NCBI GenBank assembly: GCA_963727805.1
Contig: CAVSHF010000003.1
Location: forward strand, 1,152,001-1,216,000
Source of the DNA: an uncultured Nitrospiraceae bacterium
Lineage (GTDB): Bacteria; Nitrospirota; Thermodesulfovibrionia; Thermodesulfovibrionales; Dissulfurispiraceae
Reading direction: 5' to 3'
DNA length: 64,000 nt
The position numbers were made by a program, and so were the translations under genes. Under the pieces are notes generated by a model. The model worked only from the letters and a program-made list of their open reading frames with translations, was not told where the DNA came from and searched no databases. Shown one piece after another: positions 30,275 through 40,645 of this stretch (the stretch's first letter is position 1; the number at the start of each line of letters is the position of its first letter).

Positions 30275-31738
30275 TCACACCTTTTTTATGTAGTCCCTGT
30301 GGATGGCCTTGAGCGCAAATATATACTTGGTCCCATTGACGATCGCCCTGAATATCTCGCGGCGCGGAACTTTGATCTTGTTCACCCGCAGCGGATTGGT
30401 GCTCCACGCAAGCCGGTAAAGGAGGGCAAAATGTGCATAAAACCTTCTGATTTCAAGCTTTGTAGGCAGTAAGGTATGCATGCAGTCATAAAAGAGATAC
30501 GGATCGCAGATGAATTCCGCTTTGTGTTTATGCCAGAGCTCAGTCCCCGGTGAGGGAGAAAACACCGTGAAGGAGACTTCGGCAGGTCCGATGTCCTTGA
30601 TGGCCTTCTCAACACTCCGAAAGTCTTCGACTGAGAAGCCGGGATCAACCATAAGGCTCGCATGTAACATTATGCCGATTTCGCGAAGCAGGGACACGGC
30701 TTTCTTATTGATATCCACTGTCGTCCGTTTTTTATAGTTCTTCAGTCTCGCCTCATCCATCGCCTCGAGCCCAACATAGACGATACTGAGGCCCGCCTTC
30801 TTCCAAAGACGGAACAGGTCGGGACGTCTAACGATAGTATCAGCCCTGGCCCAGCTTACATACTTCTTTCTGATGCCCCTTTCGAGGAGGAGATTCGCTA
30901 TTTCGGTCATACGGTCCTCGTTTAGAAAGGTTTCATCGTCGACAAAGTAGATATGCTCTTCCTTGATCGACTCGATCTCATTCACAACGCTTTCAGGGCT
31001 CCGCTCGAGATACTGTTTCCCCATTATGTGGTGCACTACGCAGAAAGAGCAGGTGAATTTGCACCCGTACGAGGTCCTTATCGACGCGATGCGCGGGAAC
31101 ATCGTATCGAGCTTCTTCCCCTCACTCGCCGTCCATGCCGAAAAGTAGCGCGAACGCTGCACAAGGTCCCTTCGCGGCAGAGGGATGGCGCTGACATCGG
31201 GATATTCCGGAGGTAGTGAGCTGGCCTTTTGTAAGAAATCGGGGTCATTCCGGTACAGAGCGACCTGTCCGAAAAAAAGAGACTCTCCCTGTTTAAATCG
31301 CCTTAGAAGCTCTCCAAAGGTTGTTCCTCCCTCGCCCCGAACAATAATATCTATATCATCGACAGCATATTCGACAGGGGAGATCGTCGCATGAATCCCT
31401 CCGACAACAACGAAGACAGACGGGTTGTCCGCCTTTGCAATTCGTGCCAGCTCCTTCACCCTTAGAAGCTGGTTACTGTAACCAGTGAGGCCAATTATAT
31501 GCGGCTTCACTTCCCGAAGCTTTTTTTTATAGGCCTCCATCGGTTCTTTCTCAAGGGTCAGGTCGCAGATTGTTACCAAATCTTCTGGGGGGACAGCGCC
31601 CGCAACGATTTCAAGCTCTAGAGGTTCAAGGTGGAGAAAATCATTGAGACGTTTGGCAACGAGGAGGTACGAATGAGGTTTCACAAGCAGAATTCGGAGT
31701 GGAGTACTTATTCCCTCGCAGTTGATTTCTGTTGGCAT
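30275..31738 (-). CDS. B12-binding radical SAM protein
   Basis: GGIHAT, RGEG, CKFTCSFC, FVDD. Confidence 0.9.
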   Translation of the reverse strand: MPTEINCEGISTPLRILLVKPHSYLLVAKRLNDFLHLEPLELEIVAGAVPPEDLVTICDLTLEKEPMEAYKKKLREVKPHIIGLTGYSNQLLRVKELARIAKADNPSVFVVVGGIHATISPVEYAVDDIDIIVRGEGGTTFGELLRRFKQGESLFFGQVALYRNDPDFLQKASSLPPEYPDVSAIPLPRRDLVQRSRYFSAWTASEGKKLDTMFPRIASIRTSYGCKFTCSFCVVHHIMGKQYLERSPESVVNEIESIKEEHIYFVDDETFLNEDRMTEIANLLLERGIRKKYVSWARADTIVRRPDLFRLWKKAGLSIVYVGLEAMDEARLKNYKKRTTVDINKKAVSLLREIGIMLHASLMVDPGFSVEDFRSVEKAIKDIGPAEVSFTVFSPSPGTELWHKHKAEFICDPYLFYDCMHTLLPTKLEIRRFYAHFALLYRLAWSTNPLRVNKIKVPRREIFRAIVNGTKYIFALKAIHRDYIKKV

Positions 31739-31751
31739 GTGCGGCTCCTTT

Positions 31752-32984
31752 CTATTTGTATTTCCCATCGGCTCTTTCAGGATATCTCCCCTGTTTCACC
31801 ATAAAGGCTGCGGCCAGTCCCGCCTGCTCCCCGAGCGCCATACAGGTACCCATGACCCTCGTTGAACCAAGCGCCTCATGCGTAACTGAGATACAACGAC
31901 CTGCGCACAGAAGATTGGGGATATCCCTGACCTTAATACAGCGGAAGGGGATTTCATAATAATCGCCCGCTTTCACATACTTATAAACTGTCCCTTTACT
32001 CTTGTCCCATAACTCTATGGGCCATGCATTCCGTACAATCCCATCGTCGAATTTTGAGGCACTGAGGACATCGTTTTCTGTAAGTATGTATTCTCCTGAA
32101 ATTCTTTTCCCCTCTCTTTCCATAACACGGAGAGAAGTTTCCACAATAGCAGAGTGCCTGAATTCAGGCAAGGTGTCTGCAAGATAGTGGTGTACCAGAG
32201 TTGCATTCTTTTCGGCATCCCGCTCGCGTTCATCCCCTTCGGCACTGTCAAGGCTCATTTTACAGTACCCCTCATCCGGGGTATCGCCAGGACTGTAAGT
32301 CGTAAACATTACGGCAGGCGGAAGCATATTCTTTCTGGCCGCTTCGTTTAGGTAATAGGGAACCTTGATCGCAAGGCTTTCATCGTTTCCTTTAATTCCC
32401 GTGAGGTGGATCGTGTAGCCAGCCAGTTGTATCTGTTCATTAGGAGCTAATTCAAAAGAAGCCCCTGCCATGGCAGCAACATCTCCGCTCCCCGAACAGT
32501 CGATAACCACCTCGGGAATAATGTTGCAGATCGTTCCTGCATGCCCAGCCAATACCTTCCCAATATGTGGTCCTGATTTTTCGACAGCAATTGCAGTTGT
32601 CGCATCGTAAACACTCAACAGCGGCTCACTGTTGCAGAGAAAGTTGAAAACATTCCGAAAATCCTCCCTCGAGTAGGGGAGGACGTATACCAGGCCCATC
32701 TTTTTCACAACCAGGTGCGGGGAGAGATCATGCAAATGACCGACGACTTCACGAACTATCCCCGGATTGAGTGTCTCCTCCGGAAAGGGGCCGCCATTCA
32801 GGTACAACCCGCAGATATGCCTGAGTAGCCCTGCATACCCTGCACCGCCGAGAAAGGTTTCCCTTTCCATCAGTGCCGTCGGAACGCCACTGCGTGCGGA
32901 TGCAAGAGCAGCAGCTGTCCCTGAAACCCCTCCTCCAACAACGAGAATACCGACTGGAACATTCTTGATATCTCCGGCGCTCAC
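31752..32984 (-). CDS. FAD-dependent oxidoreductase
   Basis: VVGGGVSG, IDCSGSGD, YEIPFRC, AGRCIS, RVMGTC. Confidence 0.85.
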   Translation of the reverse strand: MSAGDIKNVPVGILVVGGGVSGTAAALASARSGVPTALMERETFLGGAGYAGLLRHICGLYLNGGPFPEETLNPGIVREVVGHLHDLSPHLVVKKMGLVYVLPYSREDFRNVFNFLCNSEPLLSVYDATTAIAVEKSGPHIGKVLAGHAGTICNIIPEVVIDCSGSGDVAAMAGASFELAPNEQIQLAGYTIHLTGIKGNDESLAIKVPYYLNEAARKNMLPPAVMFTTYSPGDTPDEGYCKMSLDSAEGDERERDAEKNATLVHHYLADTLPEFRHSAIVETSLRVMEREGKRISGEYILTENDVLSASKFDDGIVRNAWPIELWDKSKGTVYKYVKAGDYYEIPFRCIKVRDIPNLLCAGRCISVTHEALGSTRVMGTCMALGEQAGLAAAFMVKQGRYPERADGKYK

Positions 32985-34303
32985 AAGCTCTCTCTCATTC
33001 TTTTTTCAAACTGCAGGATATCCTCATCCCCTATCAGGCCCTCTATGGAAGAGAGTACAAGGTTGAGCCGTCCGTTGAAATAACTAAAAAAAATTCCCAG
33101 CCCGGGCGGCACCGGGACCCTGGGCATGTGAATAATGTTAACAATCTCAGTGTCCATAAAACGACAGGATGAGGAGGGGCCCTTCCCCAGATAGGAGAAG
33201 CAGAACGAGGCGATTTTCCCTTTAAACGGGATTCGGAATAGTCTTTTCATGATCGACAGGGGTGCGATCCTGGTCAACATGCAAGCCTCGGCAACGTCTG
33301 CGGGCATGCCCGACTTCACCTGATCGTACAACTGCTGCTTGATCATCTGTATTAGACCCCTCAGGTCCCCTGCCTCTCCCGCATGGACATTGAAGAACAG
33401 ATACGAAACATAGTTAAAAAATAATTCCTGCCTGATGTCCTCATTATTTCTCATATCAAGTGAAACGGGAATTACATAATTCAGCGCCATGATTCCTTTC
33501 CTTTGAAAAAGCTCATGTACCGCCTGTACAGTTACCGCTAACAGGTAGGGCATCTCCATAAAGAATCCAGCGGTCCTATTTGCATTATCATAAATTTTTC
33601 CGGTCTCTTCAACTCCGAATGAGACTACCCTGAACCGGAAGCCCTTATCACTGCCTGCCGGTATGGGCAATGCCTCCGGTGCTGTCTTCGAAAGAGAAAT
33701 GATCTTGCGGTTGAGATTTTGTCCCGCTTTGAACTTCCTTCCCCATTCGGAAAGGCATGCTGCGGCCGTCAGGCAAACCCCATCGGTGATCCGGGAACCC
33801 ACAGCTTCGGTCAGATACTGTCGAAACAGGTGCAGAAATGATTCGGCGCCGCGGGCATCGAGCAGACGGTGATCGAACGTCATCGCAAAACAGGCCCGAT
33901 CGCCCCACTGAATGAGATGAAAGGTCAAATGCTCATTATCGTCCTTAAATGGCCTATTGACAAATTGTTCCAGGGAAGGAAGTGCATCGTCAAAGCATGA
34001 AAATGCATCCAAACGGGAGGCACTGAAACTGGGGTTAGCAGTTGCTTTTTTCGGGATTTGCCAATAAGGGGCAAGATTGAGGTCACGAGAGATGTTTCCC
34101 CCAACAACGGGGAACTCTCCTATGAAGCTGTCCAGACGGGAGCGGAGGACCGTCTCTTCTATCTCTCCGTCGAGAACGAGCACAATCTGCGACATATTCC
34201 CTGCGCAGGTCACTGCCTTCAACATGCAATCAAGAGTGCTGATTATCCAGTCGGCACCGGAGAGGTGGCGTTTGCGGCTCGATGACGGGATAACGAATCC
34301 CAT
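32981..34303 (-). CDS. Stand-alone condensation-domain/CoA-dependent acyltransferase-like protein
   Basis: FDHRLLDARG (HxxxDG-type), IPVSLDMR, FSYLG. Confidence 0.7.
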   Translation of the reverse strand: MGFVIPSSSRKRHLSGADWIISTLDCMLKAVTCAGNMSQIVLVLDGEIEETVLRSRLDSFIGEFPVVGGNISRDLNLAPYWQIPKKATANPSFSASRLDAFSCFDDALPSLEQFVNRPFKDDNEHLTFHLIQWGDRACFAMTFDHRLLDARGAESFLHLFRQYLTEAVGSRITDGVCLTAAACLSEWGRKFKAGQNLNRKIISLSKTAPEALPIPAGSDKGFRFRVVSFGVEETGKIYDNANRTAGFFMEMPYLLAVTVQAVHELFQRKGIMALNYVIPVSLDMRNNEDIRQELFFNYVSYLFFNVHAGEAGDLRGLIQMIKQQLYDQVKSGMPADVAEACMLTRIAPLSIMKRLFRIPFKGKIASFCFSYLGKGPSSSCRFMDTEIVNIIHMPRVPVPPGLGIFFSYFNGRLNLVLSSIEGLIGDEDILQFEKRMRESL

Positions 34304-34304
34304 A

Positions 34305-34547
34305 CTATAGTTTGGCGGCGATGAATGATGCTAAAGCACGAATCGTTTCGAGGTCTTTTTTTGTGAGATCGAGTTCAATCAGCCGGAGATTGAAACTCTT
34401 TTCTATAAAGACAAGTATTTCGACAAAGCTGAGGGAATCGATGCCCATTTCATGAAGGGGAATTTCGACCGCAAGAGAGGACTTGTCCCTCGATGTTATT
34501 GAGGCAATTCCCTGCCTGAGTCTTTCTTCGATTTCATCTCTTGTCAT
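34305..34547 (-). CDS. Acyl carrier protein 3
   Basis: MGIDSLS phosphopantetheine site. Confidence 0.88.
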   Translation of the reverse strand: MTRDEIEERLRQGIASITSRDKSSLAVEIPLHEMGIDSLSFVEILVFIEKSFNLRLIELDLTKKDLETIRALASFIAAKL

Positions 34548-34551
34548 TTTC

Positions 34552-35610
34552 TTAATTATCCTTTTTCTTCAAATAGATAACAGCTTTTTCGCAGTGACAA
34601 TTATACCTTACGCAACGAATTAATTCAATATTTGCGGCGCCTCCCCTGTCAAGAAGATTCATGCCGTGCGGGTTTTCCAGGACCGGGTTTGCGTAATACT
34701 TCTGCCTCTTGAGCATCAACGCCCCCGCAACGCAATTAAAAGCACTGCCGATCATCATGCTGCCGAATAACGGAGAGTAAGCAGTGAGGGGGAAATCAGC
34801 AGAAAGTGAAGTTAAATAGACAGATTCATCAAGAAGCATGCCGTCAGTGTCGATAATAGTCACATCAGCGGTCTCTTGTTGCTCAGGTGAATTGCCGATT
34901 GTGATCGTACCAACCTTACAGAAGGCCCCCTCTTCCGGGTCCCTGCCAAGCAGAAAGAAAGCAGCGCCTTCGCCGGGCACCTGATATGTTGGGTTGAGAT
35001 TGAACGGCCTGATACATCCATCAGGAGCAGGAGTCAATTTTCTATCATAGACATATCTCATAACATCTCCATACTGGTCGACCGCACCTGCAAGCACATA
35101 ATCGCAACGTCCTTCCTCCAGCCAGAGGCGAGCCAACTGCAACGCATTCTGGCAAGAGTGGAAGAACTGTGTGATCGTCATGGTCGGCCCCTGGATGTTG
35201 AGTGCCTGTGCTATGTATGAGGCAGCCGCATTATGAACGGAGTTTGAAAATGTAGAAGGAGAGACGTTGGCATCACCGTAATCGAGGATAGTATCGAGAA
35301 AGCCGAACGTCGTGACATGCGGACCGAAGGCGGTGGAGAGAATCACCCCGGCTCTTTTGCCCTGAAGGCTGCCCATCCGACTGTACGCTACGGCATCAGA
35401 GGCCGCAAGCACGGACATCCTGCTGAATTTGTCCGAGCGGCGGAGCCCCTTTAAAAGGCTCTTATCCGTGATTGTCCCAAGGTCGACCTGATATGAGAAA
35501 AGCCCAAGCCTATCAACTGCCGGCCTCTGCCACGGACCTTCGAGCGCCTGCTCGAATTGTCCGATGCCAAATCCCCCGGCAAAAGCCAGTCCGATTCCCA
35601 GGATATACAT
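34552..35610 (-). CDS. KS-like chain-length factor (non-catalytic)
   Basis: RRSDKFSR, SPSTFSNSVHNAAA; no ACSS catalytic motif. Confidence 0.8.
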   Translation of the reverse strand: MYILGIGLAFAGGFGIGQFEQALEGPWQRPAVDRLGLFSYQVDLGTITDKSLLKGLRRSDKFSRMSVLAASDAVAYSRMGSLQGKRAGVILSTAFGPHVTTFGFLDTILDYGDANVSPSTFSNSVHNAAASYIAQALNIQGPTMTITQFFHSCQNALQLARLWLEEGRCDYVLAGAVDQYGDVMRYVYDRKLTPAPDGCIRPFNLNPTYQVPGEGAAFFLLGRDPEEGAFCKVGTITIGNSPEQQETADVTIIDTDGMLLDESVYLTSLSADFPLTAYSPLFGSMMIGSAFNCVAGALMLKRQKYYANPVLENPHGMNLLDRGGAANIELIRCVRYNCHCEKAVIYLKKKDN

Positions 35611-36794
35611 CAGTCACCTACCCTGAACACGAGGGCTGCATTATTCCCTCCGAACGCAAGAGATGTCGAAAGGGCATAGCAACCCTTGATTGAAGTCTTC
35701 TCAATTACCGGTGCTATCCCGATCTCCTCATCGAATGTCCTGAATCCAGCGTTTCCGGGAATCCAGCCATACCTCAATCCCGCAGTAGTAAAGACAGCCT
35801 CGATGCCACCGGCTGCGCCGAGCGTGTGCCCGGTATAGCCCTTTGTGGAGACTATTCTGATCCCGTTGCCGAACAATTCGCCCATCACCCTTCCCTCTAC
35901 CTTATCGTTGTCGGGGGTTGCTGTGCCGTGGGCATTAATGAAGTCGATCTCGTTAGGCCCGATGCCCGATTCCTCAAGTGCCCTTCCAATCGCCCTCTTG
36001 AGCCCGGCGCCATCAGGCCTCGGCGCCGTAAGGTGATAGGCATCGCTCGAAGAACCGTAGCCGGTGAGCTGCACTCCGGAAGTAATGCCTCTCCTGAGCG
36101 CTGAACTCACTGTCTCCATGATGACAACACCAGCCCCCTCCCCAAGATTCAATCCCTTGCGATCCCTATCAAATGGAGCACACATCTCATGACTGACGAT
36201 GCCCAATGAGCCAAATCCGCAGTAAGGCACACGGTTCAACTCATCAGCCCCGCCTGCAATCGCAATATCGCAAAGCCCTCCCCTGAGCCATGACAAGGCG
36301 ATCCCTATTGCGTCAGTGCCTGATGAGCATGCATTCGCAACGGTCAATACCGGACCTCTTGCCCCGATCTTCCTTGCAATAAAATCAGCCAGGTTCCCGT
36401 CGAGGTATCTGTCCACCGGGGTCATAGAAATAGAACCCTCTTTTTGATTCATACACCGGAAGCTACGGTAAAAATCGATATCGTTCAACTGGCTGGCAAT
36501 CGTCGTTCCCATGCAGATACCTACTCGAAGCGCTGACAGTTCATCCTCAAGCTGTGCACTGTTCAGCGCTTCATCAACGGCGCATAATGCCAGGCCCAAT
36601 GTTCTCTGACCCTCGATACAGAATCTGTCGGGTAAGGATAAGGCTTCAAAGACAGGATACGTCAGAGGTGTTTGAAAGAGGGTCACCGGTCCGGCATTTC
36701 TCCTTACAGCTGCAAGAGCATCGAGGTTCTCCGTGAGATTTTCACCCGCTGCGGAGATCACGCCAAGACCTGTTATGAGTGCGCTCTGTTGCAT
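35610..36794 (-). CDS. Beta-ketoacyl-ACP synthase
   Basis: NACSSG, NAHGTAT, KGYTGHTLGA (Cys-His-His). Confidence 0.92.
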   Translation of the reverse strand: MQQSALITGLGVISAAGENLTENLDALAAVRRNAGPVTLFQTPLTYPVFEALSLPDRFCIEGQRTLGLALCAVDEALNSAQLEDELSALRVGICMGTTIASQLNDIDFYRSFRCMNQKEGSISMTPVDRYLDGNLADFIARKIGARGPVLTVANACSSGTDAIGIALSWLRGGLCDIAIAGGADELNRVPYCGFGSLGIVSHEMCAPFDRDRKGLNLGEGAGVVIMETVSSALRRGITSGVQLTGYGSSSDAYHLTAPRPDGAGLKRAIGRALEESGIGPNEIDFINAHGTATPDNDKVEGRVMGELFGNGIRIVSTKGYTGHTLGAAGGIEAVFTTAGLRYGWIPGNAGFRTFDEEIGIAPVIEKTSIKGCYALSTSLAFGGNNAALVFRVGD

Positions 36795-36914
36795 AAATTA
36801 TGGATGGTCCCCAGTGTACTCCCGCGATGTCGGAGCACTGCCCTGCTGCATGTTATCGGGCAGGGCAATAGGCAATCGAGTGCCGGTCAAGCCGAGGCCC
36901 TGCATGGTTCATTG

Positions 36915-37193
36915 CTATTTCTTATTCTCGTAAACATACTTAGCGAGGGTATCGATGGAATAGAAGATCTCCTTTCCCTTTTCCATATCTTTGATCTCAA
37001 TGCCGAAATTCCGCTGCAGGAGGACGACGATCTCAACCGCATCAAGGGAATCCAGTCCCAGTCCCTCGCCGAACAAAATCTCATCGTCCTTGATATCCTC
37101 AGGATTAATGTCCTCCAGAGCTAAATCCTTTACGAGCATCTCTTTCAAACTCTTTCTTATTTGTGCCAATCCGTCCGAATTGCTGTTCTGCAT
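36915..37193 (-). CDS. Acyl carrier protein 2
   Basis: LFGEGLGLDSLDA (aryl-polyene-type ACP motif). Confidence 0.9.
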   Translation of the reverse strand: MQNSNSDGLAQIRKSLKEMLVKDLALEDINPEDIKDDEILFGEGLGLDSLDAVEIVVLLQRNFGIEIKDMEKGKEIFYSIDTLAKYVYENKK

Positions 37194-37209
37194 CGTTACA
37201 CTCCTTAGC

Positions 37210-38127
37210 TCATTTTTCAGCAGCACTTTTATTTATATTCCATAAATCGCTATAGACAAACCACTGGAAAGGATGCAGACCGGCATACTCTTCCAATATC
37301 GAGGCAAACTCCTGGACGCAGCCCCTGATCCTCTCATGCTTTTTGCCTCTCGAACCCGCAGGGGGTACTATGAGATGGGAAACGTCCACTAAATATTTCG
37401 TTGTTGCGATCTTCGTCGACAGAAGGACCACCACCGGGCATTGCGCTGCGGCTGCTATTGCGAATGCGGCGTAGGGAAGATTCACCGTTTCCCCAAATAA
37501 AGTGGCCTCAACACTATTATCGCCATAACTACGGTCCCCCATTATTGAAACTATATTACCCTCACTAATGGCCTTCATCATTTCGACAACGCCATCGAGG
37601 AATTGCTCTGGAGCGATGACCCTTATTCTGTTATCTTCATTATCAATGTTCAGGGTGCTTTTTACAGCAATGTTATCCTCAGGTCGCATCAGCAGATAGA
37701 CGGTCCTCCTGAATCTTTCAAGGGCGATCATCGCAATTTGCCAGTTGCCGACATGAGCGGTCACCAGCACAACACCTTTTCGGGTCTCATCCAATAAGGT
37801 ATTTAGTTTATCATATCCGTAAATTTCGACGTCAAATGTGCGGAGCCCTGAAATAGCGGCGTAGCGATCGATAAGGTTCTTTCCCTGATTTATGAATATC
37901 CTGTAGACGCAGAGTATCCTCCGAAGGGAGCCCGCTCCTTTAAACCGTCTCTTTACGTATGCCATGCAGGATAAAAATGCCGCCCTATCAAAAAAAAGGT
38001 AGTAGAGACAAACGAAATAGAGGAGCCCATAAGCTCCTGGAAGACCAAACAGCTTTAGAGAGGCCCCGAAGATCCAGAATCCCAACCGGTTCCCCCTTTT
38101 TTTGATTGCAGTTCCCCCCCCCGACAT
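37210..38127 (-). CDS. LpxL/HtrB-family acyltransferase
   Basis: TAHVGNWQ, MGDR, PFQWF. Confidence 0.85.
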   Translation of the reverse strand: MSGGGTAIKKRGNRLGFWIFGASLKLFGLPGAYGLLYFVCLYYLFFDRAAFLSCMAYVKRRFKGAGSLRRILCVYRIFINQGKNLIDRYAAISGLRTFDVEIYGYDKLNTLLDETRKGVVLVTAHVGNWQIAMIALERFRRTVYLLMRPEDNIAVKSTLNIDNEDNRIRVIAPEQFLDGVVEMMKAISEGNIVSIMGDRSYGDNSVEATLFGETVNLPYAAFAIAAAAQCPVVVLLSTKIATTKYLVDVSHLIVPPAGSRGKKHERIRGCVQEFASILEEYAGLHPFQWFVYSDLWNINKSAAEK

Positions 38128-39287
38128 CAGTTACGCCTTGTCTTTTGTACAAGGAGTGCGGAAGCGTAAAAAAAAGCTCCAACAAGAACAGCACCGGCCG
38201 GAGCGATGATCAGAGAGCCTAGAAACCACTCAAACAGCCGGGAGGAAAACTGGGAAAAAACTGTTGCAAAAGACAGGTCCGTAAGCCACTGGCCATGTCG
38301 CAGGTAGTATCCAACTTCGATACAGAGGGCAGGCACAAAAGGGGGCATGCAGAGGTGTTGTACGCTGACCGCCACGACTTTATTCAAGCTGAGACGCGTG
38401 GCAACATAGAGGATGACCAATGTGTGGACGAACAACAGCGGAAGCACGGCAAAAAAAATACCCACAGCCGCTGCCATGGCCAGTCCTCCAGGGGTTGCGT
38501 TTTCCTTTAACAGCATCATGAGAAACTTGCCAGGATGCCTCAGAAACGTGAAGTCAGGTTTGTTACCGCGTTCCACAAATTTCTTGTGTCTCAAGGGCAG
38601 CAGGCGCCTCCCCACCAGCATAGAGTGAATAAGCGAAAGACGCAGATTGTCGAGAAACGGCCTGAAGCTTGATACACGCTCTTCAGGTTTGGGATAATAG
38701 ACATCTATTGGCACAGGCCGGAGACGCAATCCGGCCCAGACTGCTTTCGCCAGGACCTCGGCCTCGAAATCGTAGTGGAGCCCCTTGAATTGCAATTGAT
38801 TCAAATACCTGACCGGATAGGCACGGAAGCCGCTCTGGCAATCGTCGATCCCCACGCCGGTCTCTACCCGTAACCAGAAGTTGGCAAACTTCCTTCCGAA
38901 CCGGCTCTTTTCCGGGACATTGCTGGTATCGAAATTTCTGCAGCCGATGATAATGTCTGAATCACTTTCCGATATCAGGGGAATGAATTTCCTGATATCC
39001 TCCGGATAGTGCTGTCCATCGGCATCGATGGTGATCATATAAAGTCCTCTCTGCTCCTCTATATAGCGTGCAGCTGTAAGGATCGCGACCCCCTTGCCCA
39101 AATTCTTCTCATGTCTCAGCAGCTTGACATCAAGACCGGACAGTAAGGCAGCAACGTTGGCATCAGTACTTCCGTCATCGATGACAACCACCTGCCTGAG
39201 AAGGGCACGACACCCTGCTGCAACGGCCCTCACCGTCTCTTTATTATTGAAGACAGGTATAGCACACCATATTCTGTCCAATGCCAT
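38127..39287 (-). CDS. GT2 glycosyltransferase fused to DUF2062
   Basis: IPVFN, DDGSTD, DADGQH, DCQSGFRAYP; hydrophobic C-terminal domain. Confidence 0.88.
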   Translation of the reverse strand: MALDRIWCAIPVFNNKETVRAVAAGCRALLRQVVVIDDGSTDANVAALLSGLDVKLLRHEKNLGKGVAILTAARYIEEQRGLYMITIDADGQHYPEDIRKFIPLISESDSDIIIGCRNFDTSNVPEKSRFGRKFANFWLRVETGVGIDDCQSGFRAYPVRYLNQLQFKGLHYDFEAEVLAKAVWAGLRLRPVPIDVYYPKPEERVSSFRPFLDNLRLSLIHSMLVGRRLLPLRHKKFVERGNKPDFTFLRHPGKFLMMLLKENATPGGLAMAAAVGIFFAVLPLLFVHTLVILYVATRLSLNKVVAVSVQHLCMPPFVPALCIEVGYYLRHGQWLTDLSFATVFSQFSSRLFEWFLGSLIIAPAGAVLVGAFFYASALLVQKTRRN

Positions 39288-39304
39288 AGATCTGCTATCC
39301 TGCA

Positions 39305-40645
39305 CTACTTCTTCTTTTTGAGAAGCATGTCCCATAAAGTTCCGGTATACCCAGTTTTATGAAGGACCCTCGTAATATTATCGAGCGCATCGGCGGGAAA
39401 TATGCAGTGCCTGACATCAGCAAAGGCCTTGGTCAGGGTTTCTTCCAGCCATATTCTTTCTGTTGCCGGAGAGAGATAATAGACCGGTTTGAGCATTTCC
39501 TGATCGGAGGAGATGACATTCTCCTGGACCGCAATCCGGGCAAGAGGGGTATTCGGCAATATCCTGATCCCCATAAAGATGAACACGACGCTCCCTGCTA
39601 ATCTCTTGATATTCTCGATTCCCTCAAAGACGGTTTCTTTTGTTTCGCCCGGTCCGCCGAACATAAAAAAGTGGGAAGTGGCAACCTTATGTTTAGTGAA
39701 CAGATCATTGCACTTGACGATGTCCTCAAAGGTGAACTGCTTTCCCAACTTGCGAAGGGTAATATCACAGGTAGCATCGGACCCGATTTCAGCGGCAACA
39801 AGTCCTGTCTTCCTCATCATCTCGATGATCTCATCGTTGAGACCGAGCGGCTGGAAAAAACCTGTCCACGGAGTGCTCACTTTACGGCGAATCATTTCTT
39901 CCATAATCTCCAGGTACGCACCTTCATCGTCGTTGAAAACGGAATCAACAAAGAAGATGTACTTGGCATTATGCTTGTCGCGGAGTGCTTCAATATCATC
40001 GACCACCAGACCTGCATCCCTTTTCCTGATTTGCGAGCCCTCCAGGAGGGGATATGAACAATAAACACACTTATGGGTACATCCGCGCTTTGTCTGCACC
40101 GCGGCAATGTTCCCGCTTTGCAGGTAGTATGACATCAACCGCTCGTCATATATTGCCGAGGGAATGCCGGCCCCCGAGAGTCCTATTCGCGAATCGATGA
40201 GGCGCCCCTCAGGATAAATCCCCTTCGCTGCATTGTCGGCAAAATCGACCATCAGCACTTCGCCTTCCCCGATGACTCCGTAATCAGCTTCAGTCTCGCG
40301 CAGGATCAAATCTGGGATGAGAGAGAATCCCGCTCCACCCAGGATTACTTTTGCCGTAGAGACTTCCCTGATTTTTTGGACGATATCCTTTACAACCCCG
40401 ATGTAATACTGCTCGCTCACCAGATTGACGTTGTCGATATTGCGGATGGAGATACCAATTAATTCAGGGTTAAAAGTCCTGATTTCCTGTGCGAGAGCAT
40501 CCAGTGAAGTCTTCTTCTCCAGAAAGTCAGCCTGCCGAACTTCATGGTCGGCATGCGTCAATGCAGACGCGATCATGCTGAGGCCTAGAGGGTAGATAGG
40601 ATAGGGTGTGACGGCAATATTTGAGGAAATCAATAATATCTTCAT
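39305..40645 (-). CDS. B12-binding radical SAM protein, lipid-biosynthesis (ladderane-island) type
   Basis: PYPIYPLG, SIRNIDN, QTKRGCTHKCVYCSYP, DSVFN, FGGPGET. Confidence 0.85.
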   Translation of the reverse strand: MKILLISSNIAVTPYPIYPLGLSMIASALTHADHEVRQADFLEKKTSLDALAQEIRTFNPELIGISIRNIDNVNLVSEQYYIGVVKDIVQKIREVSTAKVILGGAGFSLIPDLILRETEADYGVIGEGEVLMVDFADNAAKGIYPEGRLIDSRIGLSGAGIPSAIYDERLMSYYLQSGNIAAVQTKRGCTHKCVYCSYPLLEGSQIRKRDAGLVVDDIEALRDKHNAKYIFFVDSVFNDDEGAYLEIMEEMIRRKVSTPWTGFFQPLGLNDEIIEMMRKTGLVAAEIGSDATCDITLRKLGKQFTFEDIVKCNDLFTKHKVATSHFFMFGGPGETKETVFEGIENIKRLAGSVVFIFMGIRILPNTPLARIAVQENVISSDQEMLKPVYYLSPATERIWLEETLTKAFADVRHCIFPADALDNITRVLHKTGYTGTLWDMLLKKKK

